Origin: Burkholderiales bacterium
GTDB lineage: Bacteria > Pseudomonadota > Gammaproteobacteria > Burkholderiales > SG8-41
Assembly: GCA_035525455.1 (NCBI GenBank)
Contig: DATLEF010000209.1
Span: 1-63,984, forward strand
Direction of reading: 5' to 3'
DNA length: 63,984 nt
Below are positions 11,825 through 22,119 of this stretch, piece after piece. The stretch's first letter is position 1, and every line of letters starts with the position of its first letter. The position numbers were made by a program, and so were the translations under genes. The notes below the pieces were generated by a model. That model saw nothing but the letters and a program-made list of their open reading frames with translations. It was not told the origin of the DNA and made no database searches.

Positions 11825-11847
11825 AAAATCAGCGCGCTTCGGCAGGG

Positions 11848-11867
11848 CGCAAAGGTTCGCCTTTGCG
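11848..11867 (+). other. Stem-loop between rpmJ and rpsM (no T-run)
   Basis: cgcaaagg / cctttgcg 8-bp stem closing a TTCG tetraloop. No U-tract follows, so it is probably a processing or stability element rather than a terminator. Confidence 0.35.
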
Positions 11868-11952
11868 GTGCGCGGCGCAGATATAGTCTTGAAAATTAAG
11901 CGTTTAACCGCTATAATTTTCGGTTTTCCGTTTTGAGTAAGAGGAGCAGGGC

Positions 11953-12330
11953 ATGGCTCGCATAGGTGGCGTAAACATTCCGAATCAACAGCACGCCGAG
12001 ATCGCGCTGACAGCTGTTTTTGGCATTGGGCGCAGTCGCGCTCAGGCCATCTGCGCTGCTGCCGGAATCGCGAGCACTACCAAGATCAAGGATCTCTCCG
12101 ACAACGACATGGACCGCCTGCGGGAACAAGTCGCGAAGTACACGATCGAAGGAGACCTCCGTCGCGAAGTTTCGATGAACATCAAGCGGCTGACGGACCT
12201 CGGCACGTGGCGCGGAAAGCGTCATCGTGCGGGTCTGCCCGTCCGCGGCCAGCGCACGCGCACGAATGCGCGCACGCGCAAGGGTCCGCGCAAGGCTGCA
12301 GTCAGGATCGTCCGCGCAGGCGCTGTGTAA
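11953..12330 (+). CDS. rpsM: 30S ribosomal protein S13
   Basis: [30 protein letters not shown]..., which is uS13. Confidence 0.96.
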   Translation: MARIGGVNIPNQQHAEIALTAVFGIGRSRAQAICAAAGIASTTKIKDLSDNDMDRLREQVAKYTIEGDLRREVSMNIKRLTDLGTWRGKRHRAGLPVRGQRTRTNARTRKGPRKAAVRIVRAGAV

Positions 12331-12352
12331 GACCAATCAAAGGCAAAGGCAC

Positions 12353-12742
12353 ATGGCTAAGGCAAGCACCCGGGTACGCAAGAAAGTCAGGAAGAATGTG
12401 GCGGAAGGCATCGCTCACGTCCATGCATCGTTCAACAACACGATCGTGACGATCACCGATCGCCAGGGCAATGCTCTCGCATGGGCAACGTGCGGCAGCA
12501 ACGGCTTCAAAGGCTCGCGCAAGTCGACGCCGTTCGCGGCGCAGGTCGCTGCGGAACAGGCCGGCCGCCTTGCCGCCGAATCCGGTGTCAAGAACATCGA
12601 AGTGCGCATCAAAGGACCCGGCCCGGGCCGCGAATCGGCTGTGCGCGCCTTGAACGCCGTGGGCTTCAAAATCACCAGCATCTCGGACGTGACCCCGGTG
12701 CCGCACAACGGCTGCCGGCCGCCGAAGAAGCGCCGAATCTAA
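12353..12742 (+). CDS. rpsK: 30S ribosomal protein S11
   Basis: ATG at 12353; ...[28 protein letters not shown]...[13 protein letters not shown]. Confidence 0.96.
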   Translation: MAKASTRVRKKVRKNVAEGIAHVHASFNNTIVTITDRQGNALAWATCGSNGFKGSRKSTPFAAQVAAEQAGRLAAESGVKNIEVRIKGPGPGRESAVRALNAVGFKITSISDVTPVPHNGCRPPKKRRI

Positions 12743-12756
12743 GGGAGACGCGACAC

Positions 12757-13383
12757 GTGGCAAGAAACCTCGACGCGCGATGCCGTCAATGCCGCAGGGA
12801 AGGCGAGAAGCTGTTCCTGAAGGCCGAGAAGTGCTTCACCGATAAGTGCGCCATCGAACGGCGCAACTATCCGCCGGGCCAGCACGGTCAGAAAAATACG
12901 CGGCTTTCGGGCTACGGCGTGCAGCTGCGGGAGAAACAGAAAGTACGCCGCACTTACGGCGTGCTGGAAAAACAGTTTCGCCTCAATTATTTCCAGGCGG
13001 CGGCCAGCAAGGGCGTCACCGGCGAAGCGCTCCTGCAGATCCTCGAAGGACGGCTCGACAGCGTCTGCTACCGCATGGGTTTCGGCGGTTCGCGCACCGA
13101 AGCGCGCCAGATCGTGCGCCACAACGGGATCCTGGTGAACACCAAGCGAGTCAACATCCCGTCCTACCAGGTGCGTCCCGGCGACGTAATCGAGGTCGCG
13201 CAGCCGGCGAAAGCGCAGCTCCGCATCAAGGCCGCTGCTGAAGCGGTCGCCTCGCGCGGCTACCCGGAATGGGTAGAAGTCGATACCGCGGCGCTCAAAG
13301 GCACGTTCAAAGCACGGCCGCAGCGCTCCGAGCTGTCGTCCACCATCAATGAGTCGCTCGTGGTCGAGCTGTACTCCAAGTAA
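12757..13383 (+). CDS. rpsD: 30S ribosomal protein S4
   Basis: GTG at 12757 (in frame with track ORF 12481..13383) gives [25 protein letters not shown]...[14 protein letters not shown] Shine-Dalgarno lies upstream. Confidence 0.95.
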   Translation: MARNLDARCRQCRREGEKLFLKAEKCFTDKCAIERRNYPPGQHGQKNTRLSGYGVQLREKQKVRRTYGVLEKQFRLNYFQAAASKGVTGEALLQILEGRLDSVCYRMGFGGSRTEARQIVRHNGILVNTKRVNIPSYQVRPGDVIEVAQPAKAQLRIKAAAEAVASRGYPEWVEVDTAALKGTFKARPQRSELSSTINESLVVELYSK

Positions 13384-13406
13384 TCGATCGAAGAGGTACC
13401 GACACT

Positions 13407-14384
13407 ATGGCCAGCAGCGCCTTCCTGAAGCCCCGCATCATCGATGTATCCAACATCTCGCCTTTTCACGCCCGGCTCACGATGGAGCCGTTCGAGCGCG
13501 GCTATGGCCATACGTTGGGCAACGCCTTGCGCCGCACACTCCTGTCCTCGATGCCCGGCTACTCGGCGACCGAAGTCAAGATCGCCGGCGTCCTGCACGA
13601 GTACTCCACGATCGACGGCGTGCAGGAAGACGTGGTCGACATCCTGCTCAATCTCAAAGGTGTCGTGCTGAAAATGCATGGCCGCGACGAAGCCACGCTG
13701 ACACTCAAAAAGTCAGGCGAGGGACTCGTAACCGCCGGCGACATCGAGCAGATGCACGACGTCGAGATCGTGAATCCCGACCACGTAATCGCGCATCTTG
13801 CGGCGGGCGGCAAGCTCGACATGCAGATCAAGGTCGAGCAGGGCCGAGGCTACATCGCGGCTACGAGCCGCAAAGCGGCCGATGATAGCCGGAGCGTCGG
13901 CAGCATCATGCTCGACGCGTCCTTCAGTCCGGTCCGCCGAGTAAGCTATGCCGTCGAATCGGCGCGCGTCGAGCAGCGCACCGACTTGGACAAGCTCGTG
14001 ATGGATATCGAAACGAATGGTGCCATCGAGCCCGAAGAAGCGGTGCGTTACGCGGCTCGCATACTCGTGGAGCAGCTTACGGTTTTCGCCGATCTGAAAG
14101 GCATGCCTGCGCAGATCGAAGAGCGAAAAGCAACGCAGATCGATCCGGTGCTGCTGCGTCCGGTCGACGATCTCGAGCTCACCGTGCGCTCGGCGAATTG
14201 TTTGAAGGCCGAGAACATCTACTACATCGGCGATCTCATACAGCGCACCGAAACGGAGCTTCTGAAGACGCCGAACCTCGGGCGCAAATCGCTCAACGAG
14301 ATCAAAGAAGTCCTTGCTTCGCGCGGACTCACGCTCGGCATGAAGCTCGAGAACTGGCCGCCCGCCGGACTCGAAAAAGTTTAA
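13407..14384 (+). CDS. rpoA: DNA-directed RNA polymerase subunit alpha
   Basis: 325 aa; [20 protein letters not shown] and [22 protein letters not shown] motifs. Confidence 0.98.
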   Translation: MASSAFLKPRIIDVSNISPFHARLTMEPFERGYGHTLGNALRRTLLSSMPGYSATEVKIAGVLHEYSTIDGVQEDVVDILLNLKGVVLKMHGRDEATLTLKKSGEGLVTAGDIEQMHDVEIVNPDHVIAHLAAGGKLDMQIKVEQGRGYIAATSRKAADDSRSVGSIMLDASFSPVRRVSYAVESARVEQRTDLDKLVMDIETNGAIEPEEAVRYAARILVEQLTVFADLKGMPAQIEERKATQIDPVLLRPVDDLELTVRSANCLKAENIYYIGDLIQRTETELLKTPNLGRKSLNEIKEVLASRGLTLGMKLENWPPAGLEKV

Positions 14385-14393
14385 GGAAACGCC

Positions 14394-14825
14394 ATGCGTC
14401 ACCGTCACGGATTGCGGAAGCTCAACCGCACGAGCAGTCATCGGCTCGCCATGCTGCGCAACATGAGCTGCTCGCTGCTCAAGCACGAAATCATCAAAAC
14501 AACGCTGCCAAAAGCGAAGGAGCTGCGCCGCGTGGTCGAACCGATCATCACGCTCGGCAAGGCACCGTCGCTCGCAAATCGACGCCTCGCTTTCGATCGG
14601 CTGCGCGACCGCGACATGGTCGTGAAGCTCTTCGATGAGCTCGGACCGCGATACGCTGCGCGTAACGGCGGTTATCTTCGTATTCTCAAGTACGGCTTTC
14701 GCAAAGGCGACAACGCGCCGATGGCGCTCGTCGAGCTCGTAGATCGGCCTGAAACGGGCGAAACGGCGGAGACTACGGAAACCAGCAAGCGAAGCCGGAA
14801 AACTGAAGAGCAGCCCGCAGCTTAA
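14394..14825 (+). CDS. rplQ: 50S ribosomal protein L17
   Basis: [24 protein letters not shown]... It has an acidic Thr/Glu-rich C-terminal tail. Confidence 0.96.
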   Translation: MRHRHGLRKLNRTSSHRLAMLRNMSCSLLKHEIIKTTLPKAKELRRVVEPIITLGKAPSLANRRLAFDRLRDRDMVVKLFDELGPRYAARNGGYLRILKYGFRKGDNAPMALVELVDRPETGETAETTETSKRSRKTEEQPAA

Positions 14826-14846
14826 AGAGTCGCTGCGTGCGTATAG

Positions 14847-14872
14847 AAAGCCGGCCTTGTGCCGGCTTTTTT
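14847..14872 (+). terminator. Intrinsic terminator of the alpha operon
   Basis: aaagccggc cttgt gccggcttt stem-loop followed by a T-run, 22 nt after the rplQ stop. Confidence 0.85.
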
Positions 14873-14939
14873 GTGTGGAATCCCGAATGCGCTTTGGCGG
14901 GCTTATGCGCCGTGCGGCCCTCACTATAGAATTCGGGTG

Positions 14940-15644
14940 ATGCTGAACGATCTCGAGCTCACCGGTCGCGCGCGCACCCACGTCGTCCAGCGCGACGACC
15001 TCGGCGCTGCGCTGCACGCTGCCGTGCTGGATGCCTTCCTGAACCTGAAAGCGGACGCGGCCGGTGCTGGCATCGATCTCGCCATCACCAGTGGATTTCG
15101 CGACTTCAGCGCGCAACAGAGAATCTGGGATCTGAAATTCCGCGGCGAACGTCCGCTGTACGACAGCGCCGGTATCGAGCGCGACCATGGCGCACTCGAC
15201 CCGGAGGCGCTCGTCGAAGCAATCCTGTGTTGGAGCGCGCTGCCAGGCGCCAGTCGACATCATTGGGGCAGCGACCTCGACGTGGTCGATGCCGCTGCGA
15301 TGCCCGAGGGCTACCGCGTTCAACTCCTGCCCTCTGAAGCAGCGCCCGGCGGGGTGTTTCATTCGCTCCATGTGTGGCTCGATCGGAATATGCATCGCTA
15401 TGGATTCTTTCGACCGTATCGCACACCGCGCGGCGGTGTCTCCCCGGAACCGTGGCATTTGAGCTATGCGCCAGTAGCGGTGCCGGCGTTGCACGCACTG
15501 ACACCCGAGCTGCTGAGCGCCGCCATCGACGCGAGCGACATGCTCGGCAAGGACATCGTGCTGCGGAGCATCGCGGCAGTCCATGCACGGTACGTTGTCA
15601 ACGTCGATGTCCCGAGCGTCTCAGGCGCTTCGGCGACGGCCTGA
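14940..15644 (+). CDS. Peptidase M15 family (VanY-like D-Ala-D-Ala/LD-carboxypeptidase)
   Basis: SGFRDFSAQQRIW, SRHHWGSDLDV (H-x6-D) and EPWHLSY motifs. The start is placed at ATG 14940, downstream of the rplQ terminator. Confidence 0.75.
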   Translation: MLNDLELTGRARTHVVQRDDLGAALHAAVLDAFLNLKADAAGAGIDLAITSGFRDFSAQQRIWDLKFRGERPLYDSAGIERDHGALDPEALVEAILCWSALPGASRHHWGSDLDVVDAAAMPEGYRVQLLPSEAAPGGVFHSLHVWLDRNMHRYGFFRPYRTPRGGVSPEPWHLSYAPVAVPALHALTPELLSAAIDASDMLGKDIVLRSIAAVHARYVVNVDVPSVSGASATA

Positions 15645-15662
15645 CGCCCGCTCGCTGGCGAG

Positions 15663-15787
15663 ATGCACGCGCCCGCGCCGATTTTTCTATTCACCGATTT
15701 CGGCGGCACCGATCTCTACGTCGGGCAGGTCAAGACGGTTCTTCATGCAGAGGCGCCGCGCGTTCCGTCATCGATCTGCTGAAGTGA
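15663..15787 (+). pseudogene. Remnant of a DUF62 SAM hydrolase/adenosyltransferase gene (N-terminal ~40 codons, frameshifted)
   Basis: Manual translation gives MHAPAPIFLFTDFGGTDLYVGQVKTVLHAEAPRVP. The expected VIDLL continues only in the -1 frame, then a stop. LFTDFG..D.YVGQ.K.VL....P...VIDL is the family N-terminal signature as I remember it. Confidence 0.5.
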
Positions 15788-15814
15788 CGTCGGACGAACG
15801 CAGGTCAATCATTC

Positions 15815-16381
15815 ATGTTATCCAAGGAGCGCGAGAGCACATGCATCTACACCGTCGGCCACGGCAGCCGAGCGCTCGACGAGTTGACCCACCTGCTCGA
15901 GCATCACGACATTGCATGCCTCATCGATGTGCGCGCCCATCCCGGGTCGCGGCGCTATCCGCACTTTTCGCGCATCGACTTGGCGCAATCTCTTCCCGTG
16001 CGCTCCATAGAGTACGTGTGGGAAGGCGACGCATTGGGCGGCCGCCGGCGGCCGCGGCTGGATTCGCCGCACACGGCGCTTAGAAACCGGAGTTTCCGCG
16101 CCTATGCAGACCACATGCAAACCGCGACATTCAAGGACCGCGTCCGCCACGTACTCGAGCGTGCGATCGGCTCTCGTGTTGCCATTATGTGTGCCGAGCG
16201 TCTGCCGTGGCAGTGCCATCGGTTCCTGATCGCCGACTATCTCGTTGCCCGCGGAACGCGCGTGCTCCACATCATCGACGGTTCGCCCGTACTCGAGCAT
16301 CGGCTGCATGCTGTCGCGCGCACGCAGGGCGATGACCTGATTTACGATCGGGAAACGCAGATCGCGCTCGATCTCGAATGA
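15815..16381 (+). CDS. DUF488 domain-containing protein
   Basis: IYTVGHGSRALDELTHLLEHHDIACLIDVRAHPGSRRYPHFSR... and CAERLPWQCHRFLIADYL are typical of DUF488. Confidence 0.75.
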   Translation: MLSKERESTCIYTVGHGSRALDELTHLLEHHDIACLIDVRAHPGSRRYPHFSRIDLAQSLPVRSIEYVWEGDALGGRRRPRLDSPHTALRNRSFRAYADHMQTATFKDRVRHVLERAIGSRVAIMCAERLPWQCHRFLIADYLVARGTRVLHIIDGSPVLEHRLHAVARTQGDDLIYDRETQIALDLE

Positions 16382-16399
16382 GTCCGAACGTGCCTGGAT

Positions 16400-17017
16400 T
16401 TACATCTTTGGCGCGGTTTCGCGCCACGCGGGCAGGACCTCGATGCGCGCGTACCACGCCTGGATGTTCATGTAGGCCTCCAGCGGAAGTTGAGCCGGGG
16501 CCGCATAGTGCAGATAGGATGCGACCGCGAGATCCGCAAGCGTAAGCGTATCGTTCACGAGGTACTGCCGTTTCGCGAGGTGAGCATCGAGCACCGGCGC
16601 GTCGCGGTGGAACGCCGCTTCCGCGCGCTTCAAAGACTCCGGGTCAGTAGCGGTGCCGAGCAAGAGCTTCTTGACGAGGTTCTCCCAGAGAAACCCGCCA
16701 CATCCCTCGTGCCAGTGCGCGACCTGCCAGAACTGCCAACGTGCTATGTCAGCGCGTGTTCGGTCGTCCTCGGGCCACAATGAATTCTTCTTGAGCGATG
16801 CGAGGTACTGCATGATGGCATTCGACTCCCACAGCCTGAACTCGCCGTCTACGAGAACGGGAGTCCTGCCACCGGGGTTCATCGCAAGGAATTGTGGCGT
16901 GCGCGATTCGCCCTTTGTAATGTCCACGAATTCGAATTCGAGCGCGATGCCGAGATGAGCCGCGACTGCTTGCACCTTTCTGGTATTCGGCGATGGCGGA
17001 AAGCCATAGAGTTTCAT
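16400..17017 (-). CDS. Glutathione S-transferase family protein
   Basis: ATG at 17017 with a GGAGG Shine-Dalgarno. MKLYGFPPSPNTRKVQAVAAHLGI...LAMNPGGRTPVLVD...LWESNAIMQYL shows the GST N- and C-terminal domains. Confidence 0.85.
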   Translation of the reverse strand: MKLYGFPPSPNTRKVQAVAAHLGIALEFEFVDITKGESRTPQFLAMNPGGRTPVLVDGEFRLWESNAIMQYLASLKKNSLWPEDDRTRADIARWQFWQVAHWHEGCGGFLWENLVKKLLLGTATDPESLKRAEAAFHRDAPVLDAHLAKRQYLVNDTLTLADLAVASYLHYAAPAQLPLEAYMNIQAWYARIEVLPAWRETAPKM

Positions 17018-17054
17018 GTAAGCCTCCGGGCGTGTGTATGTCTCGTGAGTCCGG

Positions 17055-17495
17055 TCAGGCGAACAGTCGTGCCAGCCGCCGGATGCAACCGGTCCATCCC
17101 TGCTCGTGCCGTTCGCGCGCTTCCTCGTCCGCGAAGCGTTCATGCTTTAACAGAAACTCCGTGCCGTCGCCTGCGGGGGAGAGCTCTATTGTCACGAGCG
17201 ATTCGCGCTCGGGCGTGCTTTTCCACGCCCACGTATAGACGAGCTTCGTGTTCACGGTGACTTCGCGGTACACGCCGCTGACGTCGTGCTCTTCGCCATC
17301 CGGCGATTTCATGACGATGTGGTAGCGCCCGCCGACCCGCACGTCAGTTTCCGCGACGAGGATCTCAAAATCGGCGCTTGGCGCCATCCATTGTTTCAGC
17401 GCGTCCGGCTGCGTGAGCGCACGCCAGACCGCCTGCGGCGAGGCTTTGAACTTGCGGACGAGCGCGAGCGAGGTCTCGTCTCCGACTTTCTCCAT
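17055..17495 (-). CDS. SRPBCC/Aha1-like domain protein
   Basis: ...ASPQAVWRALTQPDALKQWMAP...RVGGRYHIVMKSPDGEEH...GWTGCIRRLARL. This is the classical partner of an ArsR-type regulator. Confidence 0.8.
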   Translation of the reverse strand: MEKVGDETSLALVRKFKASPQAVWRALTQPDALKQWMAPSADFEILVAETDVRVGGRYHIVMKSPDGEEHDVSGVYREVTVNTKLVYTWAWKSTPERESLVTIELSPAGDGTEFLLKHERFADEEARERHEQGWTGCIRRLARLFA

Positions 17496-17863
17496 GTTGC
17501 GGTCTCCTTTTCGAGGTAACGTTCCAGTGCGTCGAGGCGTTCTTCCCAGAACTGCCGGTACCGATCCAGCCAGTCCGACGCATCCCGCATCACCGCGGCG
17601 TTCAGAGTGCAGTGAACCACCCGCCCCTGCTTGTGAGAGACGATCAAACCTGCACCCTCGAGCACCCGCACATGCTTCAGGAAACCGGGCAGTGACATAC
17701 CGGACGGCTGCGCAAGCTCGCTCACGGCACGCCGGCCGCGCGTAAGCGCAGCGATGATGTTGCGCCGCGCAGGATTCGCAAGCGCTCCGAAGACGCTGTC
17801 TAGGCTAGTAGTTAAATGATTAACCATATGGTTAAGTATTAACTCGTACGCAGCTCTTGTCAA
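17396..17863 (-). CDS. ArsR/SmtB family transcriptional regulator
   Basis: VFGALANPARRNIIAALTRGRRAVSELAQPSGMSLPGFLKHVRVLEGAGLI wHTH motif. The ORF runs 100 nt into the SRPBCC gene with an Arg/Ser-rich tail. The start may be the ATG at 17827. Confidence 0.75.
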   Translation of the reverse strand: MTRAAYELILNHMVNHLTTSLDSVFGALANPARRNIIAALTRGRRAVSELAQPSGMSLPGFLKHVRVLEGAGLIVSHKQGRVVHCTLNAAVMRDASDWLDRYRQFWEERLDALERYLEKETATWRKSETRPRSRSSASSKPRRRRSGVRSRSRTR

Positions 17864-17878
17864 TACGCACCGGTTTGT

Positions 17879-19162
17879 CTATCGCACCAGGACGACGCGA
17901 TAATCGTTGACGTTTGTGCGCGTGGGGCCGGTCATTATGAGCGCATCGACGGCAGCGAAATACGTGTAAGCGTCGTTCTCGTCCAGCGCTCGCGCGGGAT
18001 GAAGCTTCTTGGACGCACCGCGGGCAAGCGTGTCCGGGGCGAGAAAGGCGCCGGCGTTATCCTCAGAACCGTCTATGCCGTCGGTGTCGCAAGCGAGTGC
18101 ATATACCTCGGGAAGCGCATCCAGATCGATCCCGAGCGCCAGGAGGAACTCGGCACAACGGCCGCCGCGACCTTTTCCGTGCACGGTCACAGTACATTCA
18201 CCGCCTGAGATGAGCGCAACAGGCGGCTGCCACGGATTCCCATGTTTTCTGATCTGTCGCGCGATCGCGCCCAGGACTTTTGCGACCTCGCGCGCTTCGC
18301 CGGTCACTGAATCGCCGAGAATCACACCCTGTATGGCGCGTTCCTGGAAATATTCGGCTGCGGCCTGCAGCGATTGCTGAGCGGATCCGATAACGCGGTT
18401 TTCCACCCGCCTGAAAACCTTGTCACCGGGTTTAGGCGTTTCAGTGATCTCACCTCGAGCGCCGCTCTGCAAGTGATCGATTACGCTGCGTGGTGCGCGC
18501 ACGCTGTAACGCTCGAGGATCGCCAGGGCATCGTCGTACGTCGTCGGATCGGGTGCGCATGGACCGGATGCGATATGGGTAGGGTCGTCTCCGGTAACGT
18601 CGGAGATGATCAGGGCAACGGTTTGCGCGCGGCTCACCGCTGCGAGCTTTCCTCCGTGTATAGCGGACAGATGCTTGCGCACGGTGTTCATGTCCTGGAT
18701 CGGCGCGCCGGAGCGTAAAAGCTCCTGAGTGGTCGCTTTCAGCTCTTCGATCGTGATCGCATCAGCAGGCAGCGAGAGCAGGCTCGAACCGCCCCCTGAA
18801 AGTAGCACGAGCAGCAGATCCTCACGCGTGAGCGTTTTGACAGATTTCAGGATTTCGTGCGCGGCTGTCGCGCCGGCTTCGTCGGGAACGGGATGACCGG
18901 CCTCGATGACCGTGATCCGATTGGTCAGGAGGCCGTGCTGGTAACGCGTCACGACGAGGCCATCCAGTGGCGCTTCGGCCGGCCAGTTCTGTTCGACCGC
19001 AAGCGCCATCGCTGCAGCGGCCTTGCCGGCCCCCACGACCAGCGTGCGGCCTTTCGGCGGCTGCGGGAGGTGCTGCGGGACGAGCTGCAACGGATCGGCA
19101 GCAGCGAGCGCAGCCTTGAAACTGCCGATCAGCAAGTCGCGCGCTGATCCCTCGTGCTTCAT
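17879..19162 (-). CDS. Glycerate 2-kinase / hydroxypyruvate reductase family (DUF4147 + MOFRL)
   Basis: 427 aa; [16 protein letters not shown]..., [20 protein letters not shown] and CDTDGIDG motifs of TtuD/GckA-type kinases. Confidence 0.8.
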   Translation of the reverse strand: MKHEGSARDLLIGSFKAALAAADPLQLVPQHLPQPPKGRTLVVGAGKAAAAMALAVEQNWPAEAPLDGLVVTRYQHGLLTNRITVIEAGHPVPDEAGATAAHEILKSVKTLTREDLLLVLLSGGGSSLLSLPADAITIEELKATTQELLRSGAPIQDMNTVRKHLSAIHGGKLAAVSRAQTVALIISDVTGDDPTHIASGPCAPDPTTYDDALAILERYSVRAPRSVIDHLQSGARGEITETPKPGDKVFRRVENRVIGSAQQSLQAAAEYFQERAIQGVILGDSVTGEAREVAKVLGAIARQIRKHGNPWQPPVALISGGECTVTVHGKGRGGRCAEFLLALGIDLDALPEVYALACDTDGIDGSEDNAGAFLAPDTLARGASKKLHPARALDENDAYTYFAAVDALIMTGPTRTNVNDYRVVLVR

Positions 19163-22047
19163 TTCAGAACGCGCTGCAAATAACGCCCGGTATGGCTTGC
19201 TTTGTTACGCGCAATCTCCTCCGGTGGTCCCTCCGCGACGATCTCACCGCCGCCTGCGCCGCCCTCAGGCCCGAGATCGATGACCCAGTCAGCGGTCTTG
19301 ATCACGTCGAGGTTGTGCTCGATAACGACGACGGTATTGCCGTGATCGCGCAAGCGGTGCAGAACGCGCAGCAGCAGATCGATATCGTGGAAGTGGAGCC
19401 CGGTTGTCGGCTCATCTAGGATGTAGAGCGTGCGTCCGGTATCGCGCTTCGAGAGTTCGAGCGCGAGTTTGACCCGTTGAGCTTCACCGCCCGATAGCGT
19501 CGTCGCGCTCTGGCCGAGCGTGATATATCCAAGACCTACATCGAGCAATGTCTGGAGCTTCCGTGCAAGCACAGGCACTGCGCTGAAGAACTCGGTCGCC
19601 TGTTCAACCGTCATTTGCAGCACCTCGTGGATGCTTTTTCCTTTGTAGTGAATTTCCAAAGTCTCGCGGTTATACCTGCGTCCGTGGCAGACGTCGCACG
19701 GCACATAGATATCCGGCAGGAAATGCATTTCGACTTTGAGTACGCCGTCTCCCTGGCACGCTTCACAACGCCCGCCTTTTACGTTGAAAGAAAACCGGCC
19801 GGCGCCGTAACCGCGCTCCCGTGCTGCCGGAACGCCTGAGAACAGCTCGCGAATTGGCGTGAAGAGACCGGTGTAGGTGGCGGGATTCGATCGCGGCGTG
19901 CGGCCGATCGGGCTCTGGTCGACGTTTACCACCTTGTCGATCAGCTCGAGGCCGCTGATGGAATCGTGCGGTGCCGGTTCTGCCGCGCTGCCATAAAGTT
20001 GACGGGCCGCTGCGCAGTACAACGTGTCGTTGACCAGGGTGGATTTGCCGGATCCCGATACTCCGGTCACGCATACGAACAGCCCGACAGGCATGTTCAC
20101 CGTAATATTCTTAAGATTGTTTCCGGCTGCACTGCAGATCGTAAGCCGCCGCTTGGCGTTTGCGCGGTGACGCAGCCCCGGAATGTCGATACGTCGCCGG
20201 CCGCTCAGGTATTGTCCGGTAAGCGATTCGGCGTGCTGCTTGATCTCGTCCGGGGTGCCTTGAGCGACGATTCTGCCGCCGTGTTCGCCTGCGCCCAGAC
20301 CCATATCGACCACGTAGTCGGCATTCGTGATTGCGTCGTCGTCGTGCTCGACGACGATGACTGAGTTGCCGATGTCACGCAGGCGCTTCAATGTCTCGAG
20401 CAGCCTGCCGTTGTCGCGCTGGTGCAGGCCGATCGAAGGCTCGTCGAGCACGTACATCACACCGGTCAAGCCTGAGCCAATCTGACTCGCGAGCCGAATG
20501 CGCTGCGCTTCACCGCCCGAAAGTGTGTCCGCAGATCGGTCAAGCGAAAGGTACTCGAGTCCGACGTTCACCAGAAACTGCACCCGGTTCACGATCTCAC
20601 GCACGATCTTGTCGGCGATAGCCTGCTTTACGCCCGGCAGACGCAGATGTCTGAAGAACTCAATCGATTGGCTGAGCGGCAGCGCCGAGACCTCGTATAT
20701 CGGCTGGCCCGCGACCGTGACGTAGCGCGCCTCCCGCCGCAGGCGAGTTCCGGCGCATTCCGGACAGGGCTGCGTGTTGAGGTACTTGGCAAGTTCTTCG
20801 CGAACAACCGCAGACTCGGTCTCGCGGTAGCGCCGCTCGAGATTCGGCAGCACACCTTCGAAGGGATGCTCGCGCACGTGGTTGTTGCCGCGCTCACCCG
20901 CGTACAGAAATCGAATCTTGTCGCGGCCGGAGCCGTTCAGTATCGCCTCCCGTACTTTTTCCGGCAGCTCGCCATACGGCTGTTCGAGGTCGAAGCGGTA
21001 ATGCGTCGCAAGCGATTGCAGCATCTGGAAGTAGAACTGGTTACGCCGGTCCCAGCCTTTGATCGCGCCCGACGCGAGCGAGAGCTCGGGAAACGCGACG
21101 ACGCGCTTCGAGTCGAAGAAACTCACAGAGCCCAGGCCGTCGCAGCGTGGGCACGCGCCCATCGGATTATTGAACGAAAAAAGACGCGGCTCGAGCTCCG
21201 GCAGCGAGTAGCTGCACACCGGACACGCAAACTTAGCTGAAAAGAGATGTTCGTGGCCGCTGTCGATTTCGACAGCGAGCGCGCGGCCGTCCGCATGCCG
21301 CAACGCGGTTTCGAACGATTCAGCTAGACGCTGTTTCGCGTCCTCGCGTACTTTCAACCGGTCTACGACGACTTCGACCGTATGCTTGATGTTCTTCTTG
21401 AGCTTCGGCAGCTGATCGAGTTCGTACACTTCGCCGTCGACGCGGATGCGCACGAATCCCTGCGCGCGTAGCTCATCGAACAGATCGGCCTGCTCGCCTT
21501 TCCGGCCCACGATCAGCGGCGCGAGGATCATGAGCCGCGTGTCCTCGGGCAGGCTCAGCACATGATCCACCATTTGTGACACGCTCTGTGCCGATAAGAC
21601 GATCTGATGGTCGGGACAGCGCGGGTCGCCCACGCGCGCGTATAGCAAACGCAGATAATCGTGGATTTCCGTAACGGTACCGACGGTCGAGCGCGGATTA
21701 TGGCTGGCTGCTTTCTGCTCGATCGATATGGCGGGCGACAGACCTTCGATCAGGTCGACATCCGGTTTTTCCATCAGCTGCAGGAACTGGCGTGCATAGG
21801 CTGAAAGCGATTCGACGTAGCGCCGCTGTCCTTCCGCGTACAGCGTGTCGAACGCAAGCGAAGATTTGCCGGAGCCCGACAAGCCGGTGATCACCACGAG
21901 CCGGTTGCGCGGGAGGTCGAGATTTATATTTTTGAGATTGTGCGTGCGTGCGCCGCGGATGCGTATGACTTCGCCGACGCCGGCGTCGTCATGGCGCGAG
22001 CTCTGCAGAGGCACGACTTTCGAAGATGAAGGGGACGCGGAAGCCAA
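19159..22047 (-). CDS. uvrA: Excinuclease ABC subunit A
   Basis: [65 protein letters not shown] start per the track, so the exact start is uncertain. The stop overlaps the downstream ATG (ATGA). Confidence 0.97.
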   Translation of the reverse strand: MASASPSSSKVVPLQSSRHDDAGVGEVIRIRGARTHNLKNINLDLPRNRLVVITGLSGSGKSSLAFDTLYAEGQRRYVESLSAYARQFLQLMEKPDVDLIEGLSPAISIEQKAASHNPRSTVGTVTEIHDYLRLLYARVGDPRCPDHQIVLSAQSVSQMVDHVLSLPEDTRLMILAPLIVGRKGEQADLFDELRAQGFVRIRVDGEVYELDQLPKLKKNIKHTVEVVVDRLKVREDAKQRLAESFETALRHADGRALAVEIDSGHEHLFSAKFACPVCSYSLPELEPRLFSFNNPMGACPRCDGLGSVSFFDSKRVVAFPELSLASGAIKGWDRRNQFYFQMLQSLATHYRFDLEQPYGELPEKVREAILNGSGRDKIRFLYAGERGNNHVREHPFEGVLPNLERRYRETESAVVREELAKYLNTQPCPECAGTRLRREARYVTVAGQPIYEVSALPLSQSIEFFRHLRLPGVKQAIADKIVREIVNRVQFLVNVGLEYLSLDRSADTLSGGEAQRIRLASQIGSGLTGVMYVLDEPSIGLHQRDNGRLLETLKRLRDIGNSVIVVEHDDDAITNADYVVDMGLGAGEHGGRIVAQGTPDEIKQHAESLTGQYLSGRRRIDIPGLRHRANAKRRLTICSAAGNNLKNITVNMPVGLFVCVTGVSGSGKSTLVNDTLYCAAARQLYGSAAEPAPHDSISGLELIDKVVNVDQSPIGRTPRSNPATYTGLFTPIRELFSGVPAARERGYGAGRFSFNVKGGRCEACQGDGVLKVEMHFLPDIYVPCDVCHGRRYNRETLEIHYKGKSIHEVLQMTVEQATEFFSAVPVLARKLQTLLDVGLGYITLGQSATTLSGGEAQRVKLALELSKRDTGRTLYILDEPTTGLHFHDIDLLLRVLHRLRDHGNTVVVIEHNLDVIKTADWVIDLGPEGGAGGGEIVAEGPPEEIARNKASHTGRYLQRVLK

Positions 22048-22119
22048 GTCTGAGTACCAAGCAAACCTGCTAATATACCGGAGTCCGCACGCATTCCCAA
22101 CGTTTCAACCCCCCCGCCG

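Noticed and set aside
13713-15584. A 623-aa minus-strand ORF, the longest 'hypothetical' ORF in the r-protein region.
   Set aside because: It lies antisense to rpoA, rplQ and the M15 peptidase, all of which have unmistakable motifs. Its Arg/Ala/His/Val-rich composition is typical of stop-poor antisense frames in high-GC DNA.
22048-22119. A search for a LexA/SOS box (CTGT-N8-ACAG type) in the divergent uvrA / MFS-ssb promoter region.
   Set aside because: No such palindrome is visible. There is only CTGCTAATATACCGG, which lacks the ACAG half-site.
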